A stretch of DNA of 64,000 nt from Candidatus Bathyarchaeota archaeon (GTDB lineage Archaea > Thermoproteota > Bathyarchaeia > 40CM-2-53-6). Below, piece after piece: positions 30,195 through 39,721 of the stretch (position 1 is the stretch's first letter; every line of letters starts with the position of its first letter). The position numbers were made by a program, and so were the translations under genes. The stretch spans positions 2,208,001-2,272,000 of the forward strand of contig CAVSBL010000002.1 of assembly GCA_963726255.1 (NCBI GenBank), given 5' to 3'. Under the pieces are notes generated by a model. It worked only from the letters and a program-made list of their open reading frames with translations, made no database searches and was not told the origin of the DNA.

Positions 30195-30338
30195 TCAGGA
30201 CTGCCCAGTTAAGGGCGACTGGGTTGCTATGTTAGCGGTTTGGACGGGCTGTTCGGGAATCCCGCACTTCGTAAGGTGGGTTTTGTATTCGTCGAGTCTG
30301 ATTTGTCTATGGCATCGAAGGCATTCGAGTGTCTTCAT
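30195..30338 (-). CDS. C2HC zinc-finger microprotein (47 aa, absent from the ORF track)
   Basis: MKTLECLRCHRQIRLDEYKTHLTKCGIPEQPVQTANIATQSPLTGQS; C-x2-C-x11-H-x3-C. Confidence 0.65.
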   Translation of the reverse strand: MKTLECLRCHRQIRLDEYKTHLTKCGIPEQPVQTANIATQSPLTGQS

Positions 30339-30419
30339 CTCGGTGCGTACGTTTCTATTACGGAATTGTCGACGGCCCGTCTATGTCACTCTCGCGATTG
30401 CACTTTGCTCCGTCGTTAT

Positions 30420-31607
30420 TCAACGTTGGCTTTTGAAGCCGTCCGACCACGAAGGTTGATGGAAGCTTGGCTGGATGTTTCTGTGGCTCTGGGGTCGCAA
30501 TTTTTCTCCGATCTCATGCATGTGGGTACCGGTCATGCCTTGAATGCGTCTCAAATCCATCATTTCGCGTCGAGACACTAACGTCACTGCAATCCCGCTA
30601 GCTCCCGCCCTGCCTGTTCTGCCAATTCTATGGAAGTAAAGCAAGGGGTCATTGGGTAAGTCATAGTTCACAACATGCGTGATGCCTTCAATATCCAAAC
30701 CCCGTGAGGCAACATCAGTTGCTACCAAGAATCGTGCACGGCCCCTTCGGAAATCCTCCAACGCCCGTTCGCGTTGCGCCTGCGTTAAGTCACCGTGTAT
30801 GACCGCAACGTCCCGTCGGTTCCTACTCAATCTATAACCAATCCGATCCGCGCCTATTTTCGTGGAGCAGAAGATCAACGCACGTTGAACAGACTTGTCG
30901 TCCATTATATCGCATAGCGCCTGAAACTTGCGCTCTGGGTCTACAACCCGGTAGAGCTGGTCTATTTCCTCAACCGCTATTTCGTCTCTGCTGACGAGGA
31001 TTTTCTCCGCGTTGTACATGTGCCTTGACGCTAATTCGAGGATTTCATCTGGCATGGTTGCTGAGAACATCGCGGTCTGCTTTTCGTTTGGTGTTCTGCG
31101 AAGTATGAATTCTATGTCGTCGATGAAGCCCATGTCTAGCATCCGGTCGGCTTCGTCGAGAACAACAAACTTTGCCTGGTCAATTAGCAGGGTGCCTCTT
31201 CGGAGGTGGTCAATGATTCTGCCTGGTGTTCCAACCACGATATGGACAGTACTCTGAAGCGCTTGCATCTGGCTGTAGATTGGTTGCCCACCATAAACGG
31301 CGAGCGTTCGCACTGAGAGGTATTTTCCAAATTTGTTCAGGTCCGAGGTAACTTGAACGGCCAATTCTCGGGTCGGAACAAGAACAAGCGCTTGCACCGC
31401 ATCGAGGGACCTATCAATTCTTTGAATCATAGGTACACCAAAAGCCGCCGTCTTACCTGTACCAGTCTTCGCTTGGCCTATCACGTCTCTGCCTTCAAGC
31501 AGAGGGCCAATCGCTGCAGCCTGAATTGGGAACGTCTCTTCAAAACCGAGTTCCCTAAGGCTGCGAATTATCTCTCCCTTTATTGGGAGTTCTTCGAAAC
31601 TTTGCAT
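30420..31607 (-). CDS. DEAD-box RNA helicase
   Basis: Q motif, AKTGTGKT, PTRELA, DEAD, SAT, HRIGRTGR. Confidence 0.96.
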   Translation of the reverse strand: MQSFEELPIKGEIIRSLRELGFEETFPIQAAAIGPLLEGRDVIGQAKTGTGKTAAFGVPMIQRIDRSLDAVQALVLVPTRELAVQVTSDLNKFGKYLSVRTLAVYGGQPIYSQMQALQSTVHIVVGTPGRIIDHLRRGTLLIDQAKFVVLDEADRMLDMGFIDDIEFILRRTPNEKQTAMFSATMPDEILELASRHMYNAEKILVSRDEIAVEEIDQLYRVVDPERKFQALCDIMDDKSVQRALIFCSTKIGADRIGYRLSRNRRDVAVIHGDLTQAQRERALEDFRRGRARFLVATDVASRGLDIEGITHVVNYDLPNDPLLYFHRIGRTGRAGASGIAVTLVSRREMMDLRRIQGMTGTHMHEIGEKLRPQSHRNIQPSFHQPSWSDGFKSQR

Positions 31608-31844
31608 TCCTAGTTTTCACTTTCTTACGTAAACCGCTTTTAGAAAACCGAACGGCTAATTTTCCGCGTTTACGGGTAAACCGCGTTCCAGTTTCGCTGT
31701 GCAGAACTTGTCTGTATCCGCACGCGGTCTTCGTTAGAACCACGCAAACACAATACTACCATTTAAACGTTGGTTGAAATAAACGGAAGAATGGAAAGGG
31801 CCTCAAAGCGCCATTCCTCTCTGTAAACTTCAGAACAAGGGGTA

Positions 31845-33821
31845 GTGTTCGTGGGAGAACTACTATGGGCACCATCAGAGGAGCGAGTTAGTCAGGCGAA
31901 CATTACTCGTTTCATTCAGCTCGTTAACCGGAAATACGGGCTCAAGATCGAATCATACCGTGCGCTCTACGACTGGTCAGTTCAGCGGGTCCCAGAGTTT
32001 TGGGCTGCCATGTGGGAATTTGCCGACATCAAAGCGTCTCGTAAGTACGACGAGGTTGTCGACGACCTAGACCGTTTTCCGGGAGCAAGATGGTTTCCTG
32101 GGGCAAGGTTGAATTTTGCTGAAAACCTGCTGCGGCATCGAGATGACCACCCGGCCTTCATGTTCAAAGGAGAAACCAAGAGATCTGCGAGACTGACATA
32201 TTTCGAACTCTACGACCAGGTATCGCACCTCGCGATGAGCCTCCGCGAGATTGGTGTGCGACCGGGGGACCGCGTATGCGCCTACATGCCAAACCTGATT
32301 GAAACAGCCATCGCCATGCTAGCCTCAACCAGCCTCGGCGCGGTATGGGCTTCTTGCGGCGCTGAACTAGGGCCAACAACTGTCCTCGACCGCCTAGGTC
32401 AGATCGAACCCAAGGTACTGTTCGTAGCTGACGGATATTTCTACAAAGGACAGGTCTTCAATAGCCTACCAAACGCAGAGAAGGTTGCCAATGGAATTCC
32501 CTCGATAGAAAGAGTCATTGTAGCCTCATACGCCGGTGAAGGAATCGAGGGTGGGGGCCCTTCGAAGTTTGAGGCTTACGACGCCTTCCTCTCCAAGCAC
32601 AAAAAGGCTGAGTCTAGGTTTGAACAACTGCCTTTCGACCATCCTGTGTATGTCATGTTTTCCTCAGGGACGACTGGAAAACCAAAATGCATGGTACAGG
32701 GACCTGGAGTCCTCCTCAATCACCTCAAGGAACTCTTACTGCACACCGACCTAAGACGTGAAGATCGGATTTCGTACATATCGTCGCCGAGCTGGATGAT
32801 GTGGAATTGGTTGATGAGCGCCTTAGCTGTAGGGGCGACCATAGTCCTGTATGACGGCAATCCGAATTATCCAGATTGGGGAACCATGTGGAAATTGGTC
32901 CAGGACGAAAAGGTAACAATCCTCGGATGCAGTGCGAGCTACCTCAACTATCTTCGAAGCGTCGGAGCTAAACCTGGAAAAAGCTACGACCTAGCGTCGC
33001 TTCGGGAAATTTCGCAGACCGGTTCCTCACTATCTAAGGAAGGATTCGGATGGGTCTACCAAGAAATCAAGCAGGACCTGCACTTCAACTCCATTTCCGG
33101 AGGCACGGACATCAACGGTTGTTTCGCTGGCGGAAGCCCAATCCTTCCAGTGTATGCGGGTGAGCTGCAAGCTGCGGGTTTAGGAATGAAGGTCAAGGCG
33201 TATGATGAAAAGGGGCAGCCTGTATTGGACAGGGAGGGAGAGCTTGTCTGCGAAGCCCCTTCCCCATCCATGCCGCTCTACTTCTGGAACGACCCGCAGA
33301 GTGAGAAGTACAAAGAAGCCTACTTCAACTTCTACAAGAGTATCGGGAAGAACGTGTGGCGGCACGGAGACTACATCATAATCCACAGCGACACGGGCGG
33401 CATAACCTTCCTCGGCCGATCAGACAGCGTGCTAAAACCATCCGGCGTACGGATTGGAACCGGAGAAATCTACACCGTCCTCGAACGCTTTCCCGAAATT
33501 GCGGACAGCGTAGTTGTTGGACAGGATTGGAAGGGAGACCAACGAATCATATTATTCGTTCAGCTTTCACCTGGATGCAGCTTGACAAAGGAGCTGAAGG
33601 ATAAGATACGGAAGGCCCTGCGCGAAGACGCTTCCCCAAGACATGTTCCGGCGCTGATACTTGAGACCCCAAGTATCCCTTACACATTCAACATGAAGAA
33701 AGTTGAAAGTGCGGTCAGGAATATCATAAACGGCAAACCAGTATCAAACCGGGATGCCTTGACTAATCCTGAGTCACTCGAACACTTCGAAAGAATCTCC
33801 GCTGACCTACAAAGAGAATAG
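31845..33821 (+). CDS. Acetoacetate-CoA ligase
   Basis: WFPGARLNFAEN, FSSGTTGKPK, WMMWNW, SISGGTD, WRHGD, SPRHVP. Confidence 0.92.
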   Translation: MFVGELLWAPSEERVSQANITRFIQLVNRKYGLKIESYRALYDWSVQRVPEFWAAMWEFADIKASRKYDEVVDDLDRFPGARWFPGARLNFAENLLRHRDDHPAFMFKGETKRSARLTYFELYDQVSHLAMSLREIGVRPGDRVCAYMPNLIETAIAMLASTSLGAVWASCGAELGPTTVLDRLGQIEPKVLFVADGYFYKGQVFNSLPNAEKVANGIPSIERVIVASYAGEGIEGGGPSKFEAYDAFLSKHKKAESRFEQLPFDHPVYVMFSSGTTGKPKCMVQGPGVLLNHLKELLLHTDLRREDRISYISSPSWMMWNWLMSALAVGATIVLYDGNPNYPDWGTMWKLVQDEKVTILGCSASYLNYLRSVGAKPGKSYDLASLREISQTGSSLSKEGFGWVYQEIKQDLHFNSISGGTDINGCFAGGSPILPVYAGELQAAGLGMKVKAYDEKGQPVLDREGELVCEAPSPSMPLYFWNDPQSEKYKEAYFNFYKSIGKNVWRHGDYIIIHSDTGGITFLGRSDSVLKPSGVRIGTGEIYTVLERFPEIADSVVVGQDWKGDQRIILFVQLSPGCSLTKELKDKIRKALREDASPRHVPALILETPSIPYTFNMKKVESAVRNIINGKPVSNRDALTNPESLEHFERISADLQRE

Positions 33822-33964
33822 AAAAATGGCGGTTCTTCGTGTCACAACAAATCGGGATGTGACGCGGGATAGGCCAAGAGCATGTTTCGAAGCAAGATGT
33901 CCCACAATTCTGACAGGTGAGTACATCCAAGAGAGGACGTGGAAGCTTTCGAGATCAAGGAATG

Positions 33965-33984
33965 AAAAAAAGAAAAAAGAAAAA
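33965..33984 (-). terminator. Oligo-U-rich archaeal terminator downstream of alba
   Basis: About 20-nt T-rich tract on the minus strand, roughly 40 nt after the alba stop. Confidence 0.55.
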
Positions 33985-34021
33985 TGGTGATGGGGTTTAT
34001 CCACGAGCCATCGGGTTTAAG

Positions 34022-34348
34022 CTACTTCTTTGTTAGCTTAATCTCGATCGTGGAAACATTTCTCGTTTGGCCCTCTTCACCTAGCACTTCGGTTCCTATA
34101 TTGACGTCCTTTATCTCGAGCTTTCCTTCGAAGAAGCGTCTTCGGCAGACCTCGACTACGTCGACTGCCTTAGATATGACGCGGCCTCGTGCCTTAACGG
34201 AAAGTTCCTTGGAGCCGCTATTGATCTGCATAACAATGGCGGTGGCGTAGGCCATCAAGGGCTTCTGGCCGATTAGGATCGTATTCATTGGAATATTGCC
34301 TCTGGTGGAAGGGGGTCTTTCTACAACTGTAGTTGTCTTTTCTGTCAA
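34022..34348 (-). CDS. albA: DNA/RNA-binding protein Alba
   Basis: ILIGQKPLMAY, KARGRVISKAVDV, IGTE, NVSTIEI; TTG 7 nt after GGAGGTGA. Confidence 0.93.
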   Translation of the reverse strand: MTEKTTTVVERPPSTRGNIPMNTILIGQKPLMAYATAIVMQINSGSKELSVKARGRVISKAVDVVEVCRRRFFEGKLEIKDVNIGTEVLGEEGQTRNVSTIEIKLTKK

Positions 34349-34590
34349 GCGTTGTTCACCTCCGTGATGAAAGTATACTGGTAGCGTTGTGGAACCCGCC
34401 ACACGCCTTCCATTCAATAAAAGGCTTCCTGCGTGAAGCGACTGATTCAAATTTGGAACGCCTGGGGGATTTTTTTTCATTTCTCGCAGTTCGCGAATAG
34501 GCCTTACACAGTAACCGGTTTGAAAGTGCGAATGTGTAGTCGAGGCGAATTAAATAGGGTGTTAATGCATTTCTCAAGCTCAGAGCGCAG

Positions 34591-34914
34591 ATGGCGGAGA
34601 ACAGTCCGGAGAATAAGGGCCCGTCCAAATTGGAAATTGACAGGCCCAATGATTTCAAATTCCATATTGCGTACGGCGTTTATTCCCGAACTTGGGATGA
34701 AAACTCATCAGACACGGCCCGACTCAAATTGAACGAATTGATTTCGGCTCTCGCAAGCAATGAGGATGGGTATCAGGATTTCTATGGTCAAATTCAGGAA
34801 TACCGGAGGGATCAGCCATCCTTCCGTTCCGGCCGAACGCGAATTGAGACTCAGAGGAAGAGAGATTGGCAGCGGGCTGACACGAGGGATGGAAGAAACC
34901 GGCGCCACAAGTAA
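34591..34914 (+). CDS. Hypothetical protein with Arg-rich C-terminal tail
   Basis: 107-aa ORF filling the gap between alba and TRAM, with protein-like composition. Confidence 0.7.
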   Translation: MAENSPENKGPSKLEIDRPNDFKFHIAYGVYSRTWDENSSDTARLKLNELISALASNEDGYQDFYGQIQEYRRDQPSFRSGRTRIETQRKRDWQRADTRDGRNRRHK

Positions 34915-35090
34915 GAACACTGTCGAACTGGTCTTGTGAGTTTTTAGGTAGCGTTATTAGGCGCCGAGAAAGGGTATGTTGGTAAGCTATGTGTACGGGC
35001 TGAAGCCGACCGTCTTATACGTAACCAAACGTTCCGACGCGCGAGTTTTCTCCCGACGAACTAGCTGAATGAAAAGTCGAGGTGAAACGC

Positions 35091-35297
35091 ATGAGCTTTG
35101 AACGTTCCTTCAACAAGCCAGTTGAGGAAGGGAAGGAATACGAAGTTGAGATCAAAGAGACTAGCCGCCGCGGTGACGGAGTCGCGAGGATCGAAGGTTT
35201 CGTAGTCTTTGTCCCACAAACCAAACCTGGCGACAAGGTGAAGGTAAAGATCAACACCGTTGGTCCACGTTTCGCAACCGGAGAAGTCGTCAAGTAA
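35091..35297 (+). CDS. Single-TRAM-domain RNA chaperone
   Basis: KPVEEGKEYEVEI...RRGDGVARIEGFVVFVP...RFATGEV; GAGGTGA upstream. Confidence 0.93.
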   Translation: MSFERSFNKPVEEGKEYEVEIKETSRRGDGVARIEGFVVFVPQTKPGDKVKVKINTVGPRFATGEVVK

Positions 35298-35397
35298 TAG
35301 CTTGGCAACTCCTGCGTGCGAACCCCTTTCTTTCCAACCTTATTATTTTGCACGTTGATGCACAGGATTGTGCAGTGAGCTTCGAGTCCACTTGCTT

Positions 35398-36513
35398 TTA
35401 GGAGACTGGTTCCCAGACAAGCCCGAGATCGTTAGCGTAATCCTGCGCTCTCGTGATCTCCTGCGGACTGGGGCGCCGAGCAATCTCGTGATACATTTCA
35501 GGTTCTTGCAGTACCAAATGCTCCGGTCTATATTGACCCATAACGTTGACCAGTGCTCGCGGGCACTTCTCTGCTGCCCAATTAAGAATCGGTTTAGTAC
35601 AGCATTCTAAATGGCCTGGCATAACGAGATGCCTGATTATCATATCGCCATTCTCATATGCCATAATGTGATTTCGGGAAACTACATCGAAGTATCTGAT
35701 TATCCGCGAGTATTTCATGGCGCAAAGGTCGTTGCCCCACTTGAAGTCGGGCAACCAAATGTCCACAAGATCTTCCAAGATTTGCATGGCTTCAGCGGTC
35801 AGGTACATGTTGCTATTCCACAGGATCGGGACATTTACTGTCGTTAGGTTAAGGGCCTCCGTTATGACGTGAAGGTTAGGCGTTGGCTCACCTCCAACGA
35901 AGTTAATGTTAGCAGCACCCTCACTTCTGAGTGACTTCATCATGAGCGAAAGTTCTCTTGGTGAGACAGGCGCCCCCGCGTCAGGATGCTGGGAGATATC
36001 CCAATTCTGACATAAAACACACCTGAAGGTGCATGAAGCAAAGAAAATCGTTCCGGAGCCATGCCGGTCGACTAGGGGTGGTTCTTCGCCTTGATGAAGG
36101 AAAAACGATGCGACTCTCGCTACGCTGCCTAAGTGACATGCTCCCTTTCTCTTTCCTTCCACGCGGTCAACCCTACATCGCCACTCACAAAACGTGCACT
36201 TCCTGAGAATCCGGTTCAGAAGCTCCATCTTAACATCCAAGAAACTGAACTCCGGTCGTTTTACCGACTCGCTCGGCAGTTCGTTCTCCCGGATTCTGTT
36301 CAAGGCTTTGCGAAATTCGGTGTGGAGCTTTTCGTGTTTATCCCATAATTGTGCTTCCGTCATCAGCCGTGGGTTTTGGCTGCAAGCTATTTGCTTGCAC
36401 ATCAGAAATTTCGCGGGCTTCAGGTCCCGAAGTACATTATAGTACCACGACAACCGATCTCGGACTACTTGGTCTTGCCAGACATCGGAGACGTGGGATC
36501 TGAACAACGACAT
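35398..36513 (-). CDS. Radical SAM protein, PflX-like
   Basis: CTFCEWRC, SGTIFFASCTFRCVLCQNWDISQ, GGEPTP, RHLVMPGH. Confidence 0.9.
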   Translation of the reverse strand: MSLFRSHVSDVWQDQVVRDRLSWYYNVLRDLKPAKFLMCKQIACSQNPRLMTEAQLWDKHEKLHTEFRKALNRIRENELPSESVKRPEFSFLDVKMELLNRILRKCTFCEWRCRVDRVEGKRKGACHLGSVARVASFFLHQGEEPPLVDRHGSGTIFFASCTFRCVLCQNWDISQHPDAGAPVSPRELSLMMKSLRSEGAANINFVGGEPTPNLHVITEALNLTTVNVPILWNSNMYLTAEAMQILEDLVDIWLPDFKWGNDLCAMKYSRIIRYFDVVSRNHIMAYENGDMIIRHLVMPGHLECCTKPILNWAAEKCPRALVNVMGQYRPEHLVLQEPEMYHEIARRPSPQEITRAQDYANDLGLVWEPVS

Positions 36514-36545
36514 CTACGGAAATTCCACTTGGATGATTTCCGGGT

Positions 36546-37244
36546 TCACGGGATAGTGAAGTAGAGTCTTCTGTTGCTCTTGCCCTTGTTCTCGAATTTC
36601 AACGGGTCTATCCTGGTTATTTCCCCAAGCTCTTTCACGTGGACACCGCCGTCGGCTTGAATGTCGTATCCTTCGATTTCTACGATGCGGAGTTCCTTGA
36701 CGTCGGGAGGAGCAGCCGCTGCGAGTTTTATGATACCAGGAATCTTCATCGCCTCTTCCCGTTGCATAAAATACGTTTTGACCGGCGGGTTCTTCGCAAT
36801 AGCTTCGTTAGCCTGCTTGCAGTGGAGTAGCATCTTCTCCCTATCGAAGTTCTCGAGGCTGAAATCTATCCTTGACTTGTCGGGTTCTATCTGGTTCCCT
36901 GTGATCAGGGCGCCGGTTTCCTTGTTGAAGATGGAACTGAGAAGGTGGGCGGAGGTGTGCATCCTCATTATCCTATGCCGCCTGTCCCAGTCAAGGTTTC
37001 CATGCACGCTACTTTCCGTACCCAAACCAGCGGCCGATTCGACTACGTGTACGATTGAATCGTTAGCTCCTTTCACCGTGTCAAGAACCTTCACATTACC
37101 CAAGGTCCCAATATCTCCGACCAGTCCTCCTCCACGGGGATTAAACGCGGTCTGGTCAAGCACTACTTGATTGCCATCAACAGACAGGATCTTAGCATCG
37201 AATTCCTTGAGGTATGCGTCATCCCAGAAGAGCTTCTTGGTCAA
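36546..37244 (-). CDS. alaXM: Freestanding alanyl-tRNA editing protein (AlaX-M)
   Basis: LDQTAFNPRGGG, MRMHTSAH, QADGGVH, KGKSNRR. Confidence 0.9.
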   Translation of the reverse strand: MTKKLFWDDAYLKEFDAKILSVDGNQVVLDQTAFNPRGGGLVGDIGTLGNVKVLDTVKGANDSIVHVVESAAGLGTESSVHGNLDWDRRHRIMRMHTSAHLLSSIFNKETGALITGNQIEPDKSRIDFSLENFDREKMLLHCKQANEAIAKNPPVKTYFMQREEAMKIPGIIKLAAAAPPDVKELRIVEIEGYDIQADGGVHVKELGEITRIDPLKFENKGKSNRRLYFTIP

Positions 37245-37327
37245 TGGTTAGGGCCGAGGGTAGGCAGTTCACTGGCCAGAAAAAGCTTTGCGGGACCTTA
37301 AATCTCCTCCAAGCATACTGACAACCT

Positions 37328-37804
37328 ATGACTCGCCCGAGTTGGGACGAATACTTCCTCAAAATCGTGGACACCGTGTCTGAAAGGTCCACGTGTGATA
37401 GAGGTAAAGCTGGTGCGTTGATCGTGAAGGACAGGAGGATCCTGTCTACTGGTTATGCAGGGTCTCCCCCAGGCCAACCGCACTGCGACGAGGCGGGTCA
37501 TATGATGAGAAGAGTCGTTGATGAGAACGACAACATCAGCCAGCACTGCGTTAGAACCATACACGCGGAAGCCAATGCGCTGATCCAAGCTGCGAAATTT
37601 GGAATATCTGTGGAAGGAGCTACATTGTACTCGAAATTTGAGCCTTGCTACGCATGTGCCATGCTAACCGTAGGAGCCGGAATCAAAAGAGTAGTTGCCA
37701 GAACGAAGTACCATGCGGCCGAGGAGACTCGGAAGCTTTTGAAAAACGCTGGTGTCGAACTAGTTGTTGTCGAAGACAACGTAATGAAATACGAAAACCA
37801 GTAG
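37328..37804 (+). CDS. dCMP deaminase family (ComEB-like)
   Basis: RPSWDEYF, RSTC, TGY, HAEANA, PCYAC. Confidence 0.92.
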   Translation: MTRPSWDEYFLKIVDTVSERSTCDRGKAGALIVKDRRILSTGYAGSPPGQPHCDEAGHMMRRVVDENDNISQHCVRTIHAEANALIQAAKFGISVEGATLYSKFEPCYACAMLTVGAGIKRVVARTKYHAAEETRKLLKNAGVELVVVEDNVMKYENQ

Positions 37805-37815
37805 ACCGTTCTCCC

Positions 37816-37990
37816 GTGAGCTCAGTACCCTATCGTGGCCGGCATTGTGGTTGGGACCACTGGTGGAGGGGTGGTACCATATGGTCCCAAGCCGAGGTAA
37901 CCCTGAGCTGCACATACACGTCGACCCACTCCTGTACAGCGGCCTACGAGCCCAAGCCATTTTTGAGCTTCTTGTCGAGTGGGTGGCACC
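37816..37990 (+). ncRNA. Putative structured RNA / intergenic palindromic element (two long hairpins)
   Basis: Nested stems AGCTCAG/CTGAGCT, TACC/GGTA, CGGC/GCCG, TTGGGACCA/TGGTCCCAA; second hairpin ACCCACTC/GAGTGGGT with G-U pairs valid on the + strand. Confidence 0.45.
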
Positions 37991-38085
37991 CAGACATCGG
38001 ATGGATTCCAACCTCGCTTGCAGCACAGCCTTGTTCATAACTCAGACTCAGAATCCATGCACTATCGCATATCGTGGGAAAGCGA

Positions 38086-39462
38086 ATGGATAGATTCGTC
38101 CTAGAAGAGCTCAAGAGGATTGTGGGCACAACCTATGTGGTAACCAATATCGAGCAAATGCAGAATTACCTAGTCGATGAAAGCCCTCTTTCAGTAAGAC
38201 CGAAACCTGCAAACGATCTTGCTTTGGTAAGACCAGCTGATGCTCAACAAGTCTCTTCAGTGCTACGCTTCGCGAGCGAAAATCGGCTCGCAGTTTTTCC
38301 AAGGGGAGGCGGGACTGGTCTCGTGGGAGGCGCGGTACCGACCAGAAATGGGATAATACTTTCGATGGAACGGATGAAAAGAATTGAAATCGACAAAGCC
38401 AATCTCATGGCGATTGCAGATGCCGGGGTCACACTCGGGCAACTTGCGAAGACGGCGGAAGAAGTCGGCTTATCCTTTCCGCCCCATCCCGGCGATGAAA
38501 ATGCCCAGGTGGGCGGGCTCGTGGCTACGAACGCTGGAGGGTCCCGAGCAGTAAGGCATGGAGTGATGAGAAATCATGTCAGAGGAATCGAAGTCGTACT
38601 TGCCACGGGAGAAATACTGAATCTTGGAGGAAGGGTCCATAAGAACAATGTAGGCTACGACTTGATGCAGCTCATCATCGGTAGCGAAGGAACGCTTGCA
38701 GTAATAACAAGAGTCATCATTCAACTCTACCTGAATCCCGGGGCAACGATGACCCTCATTGTACCCTACAACAGTCGGCACGATGCACTGGCGAGTGTCC
38801 CAAAGATATTGCATTCAAGCACGCCCCTAGCCGTAGAATATGTCGAGAGAGACCTGTTGGAGAAAAGCGCACAACGGCTGGATGTATATTGGCCAGTGAA
38901 GACAGGGAAAAGTCATCTAATCATAATCATGGCCGAACCTAGCAAGGATCAAGTTCTCTCGGAAAGCCTCAAAGTAGCCCAAATATGCCAAGAGAATACG
39001 CCTTACGAAACATTTGTGGCAGAATCAAAGAGCGACCAAGACAATATCCTCAGAATAAGAAGCAACATCTACAACGGCTTGAAGAGCGAAACAATAGACA
39101 TCCTGGACATAACCGTGCCCGCTAGTGAGTTAGAGACAGTGATGGGCGAAGTGGAAAACGTCGCCGCAAAGCACGGAGCTCCACTGCAAATCTTCGGACA
39201 CGCAGCTGATGGAAACCTCCACATCCACATAATGAAAAAAGAAGGCGAGGGCACACAATACGTGGAAGACCTGAGAAATGGAATCTATGAAATTGCGACG
39301 AGAGCTGGAGGCGTAATAACGGGGGAGCACGGAATCGGGAAGATAAGAACGAAGAAGCTCGAATCGCTCATGACAAGGAAAGAGTTCGAACTGATGAAGA
39401 ACATAAAGAACCTATTCGACCCCGACGGGATACTGAACCCTGGAACCAAGTTACCCGGCTAA
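38086..39462 (+). CDS. FAD-linked 2-hydroxyacid oxidase/dehydrogenase (GlcD family)
   Basis: PRGGGTGL, ATNAGG, GSEGTL, GHAADGNLH, TGEHGIG, FDPDGILNPG. Confidence 0.92.
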   Translation: MDRFVLEELKRIVGTTYVVTNIEQMQNYLVDESPLSVRPKPANDLALVRPADAQQVSSVLRFASENRLAVFPRGGGTGLVGGAVPTRNGIILSMERMKRIEIDKANLMAIADAGVTLGQLAKTAEEVGLSFPPHPGDENAQVGGLVATNAGGSRAVRHGVMRNHVRGIEVVLATGEILNLGGRVHKNNVGYDLMQLIIGSEGTLAVITRVIIQLYLNPGATMTLIVPYNSRHDALASVPKILHSSTPLAVEYVERDLLEKSAQRLDVYWPVKTGKSHLIIIMAEPSKDQVLSESLKVAQICQENTPYETFVAESKSDQDNILRIRSNIYNGLKSETIDILDITVPASELETVMGEVENVAAKHGAPLQIFGHAADGNLHIHIMKKEGEGTQYVEDLRNGIYEIATRAGGVITGEHGIGKIRTKKLESLMTRKEFELMKNIKNLFDPDGILNPGTKLPG

Positions 39463-39524
39463 CGCTCGTTGAGCCGGGTCCGTAGACTGCTTCGTATGAG
39501 GGGATCGAGGTGTAAAATGAGGCG

Positions 39525-39570
39525 AGGGTTACCTTCGTTTGGCACCACCCCTAGAGGGGTGGATCCACCC
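39525..39570. repeat. Intergenic palindromic element, inverted homolog of 37849-37904
   Basis: 19/23 identity to 37882-37904 in inverted orientation; contains CCACCCCT-AG-AGGGGTGG and GGGTGGATCCACCC. Confidence 0.6.
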
Positions 39571-39721
39571 TAATCCTTGAGCATGGAATAGGTAAAGTGA
39601 GGACCAGTAGGCTCCAGTCAATTATGACCGAAAAGGAACTCGAACTTATGAAGGGTTGTACTGTTCAGGTGTAGCACGTGCGGGAGGCTAGGCACCTGTC
39701 GTGCGGCGGCCCATGAATGGG

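Noticed and set aside
37837-37893. Resemblance to the HDV ribozyme 5' end (GGCCGGCAT...GGTCCCA.GCC)
   Set aside because: Short word matches only; I could not build the nested double pseudoknot.
37895-37902. AGGTAACC similar to the 16S rRNA 3' region, suggesting a guide RNA
   Set aside because: Only 8 nt, sense to rRNA on the strand favoured by G-U pairs, and part of a repeat also found at 39525.
37760-38093. Short ORFs on both strands across the structured intergenic element
   Set aside because: No recognisable motifs, and they overlap neighbouring genes; RNA or repeat structure explains the region better.
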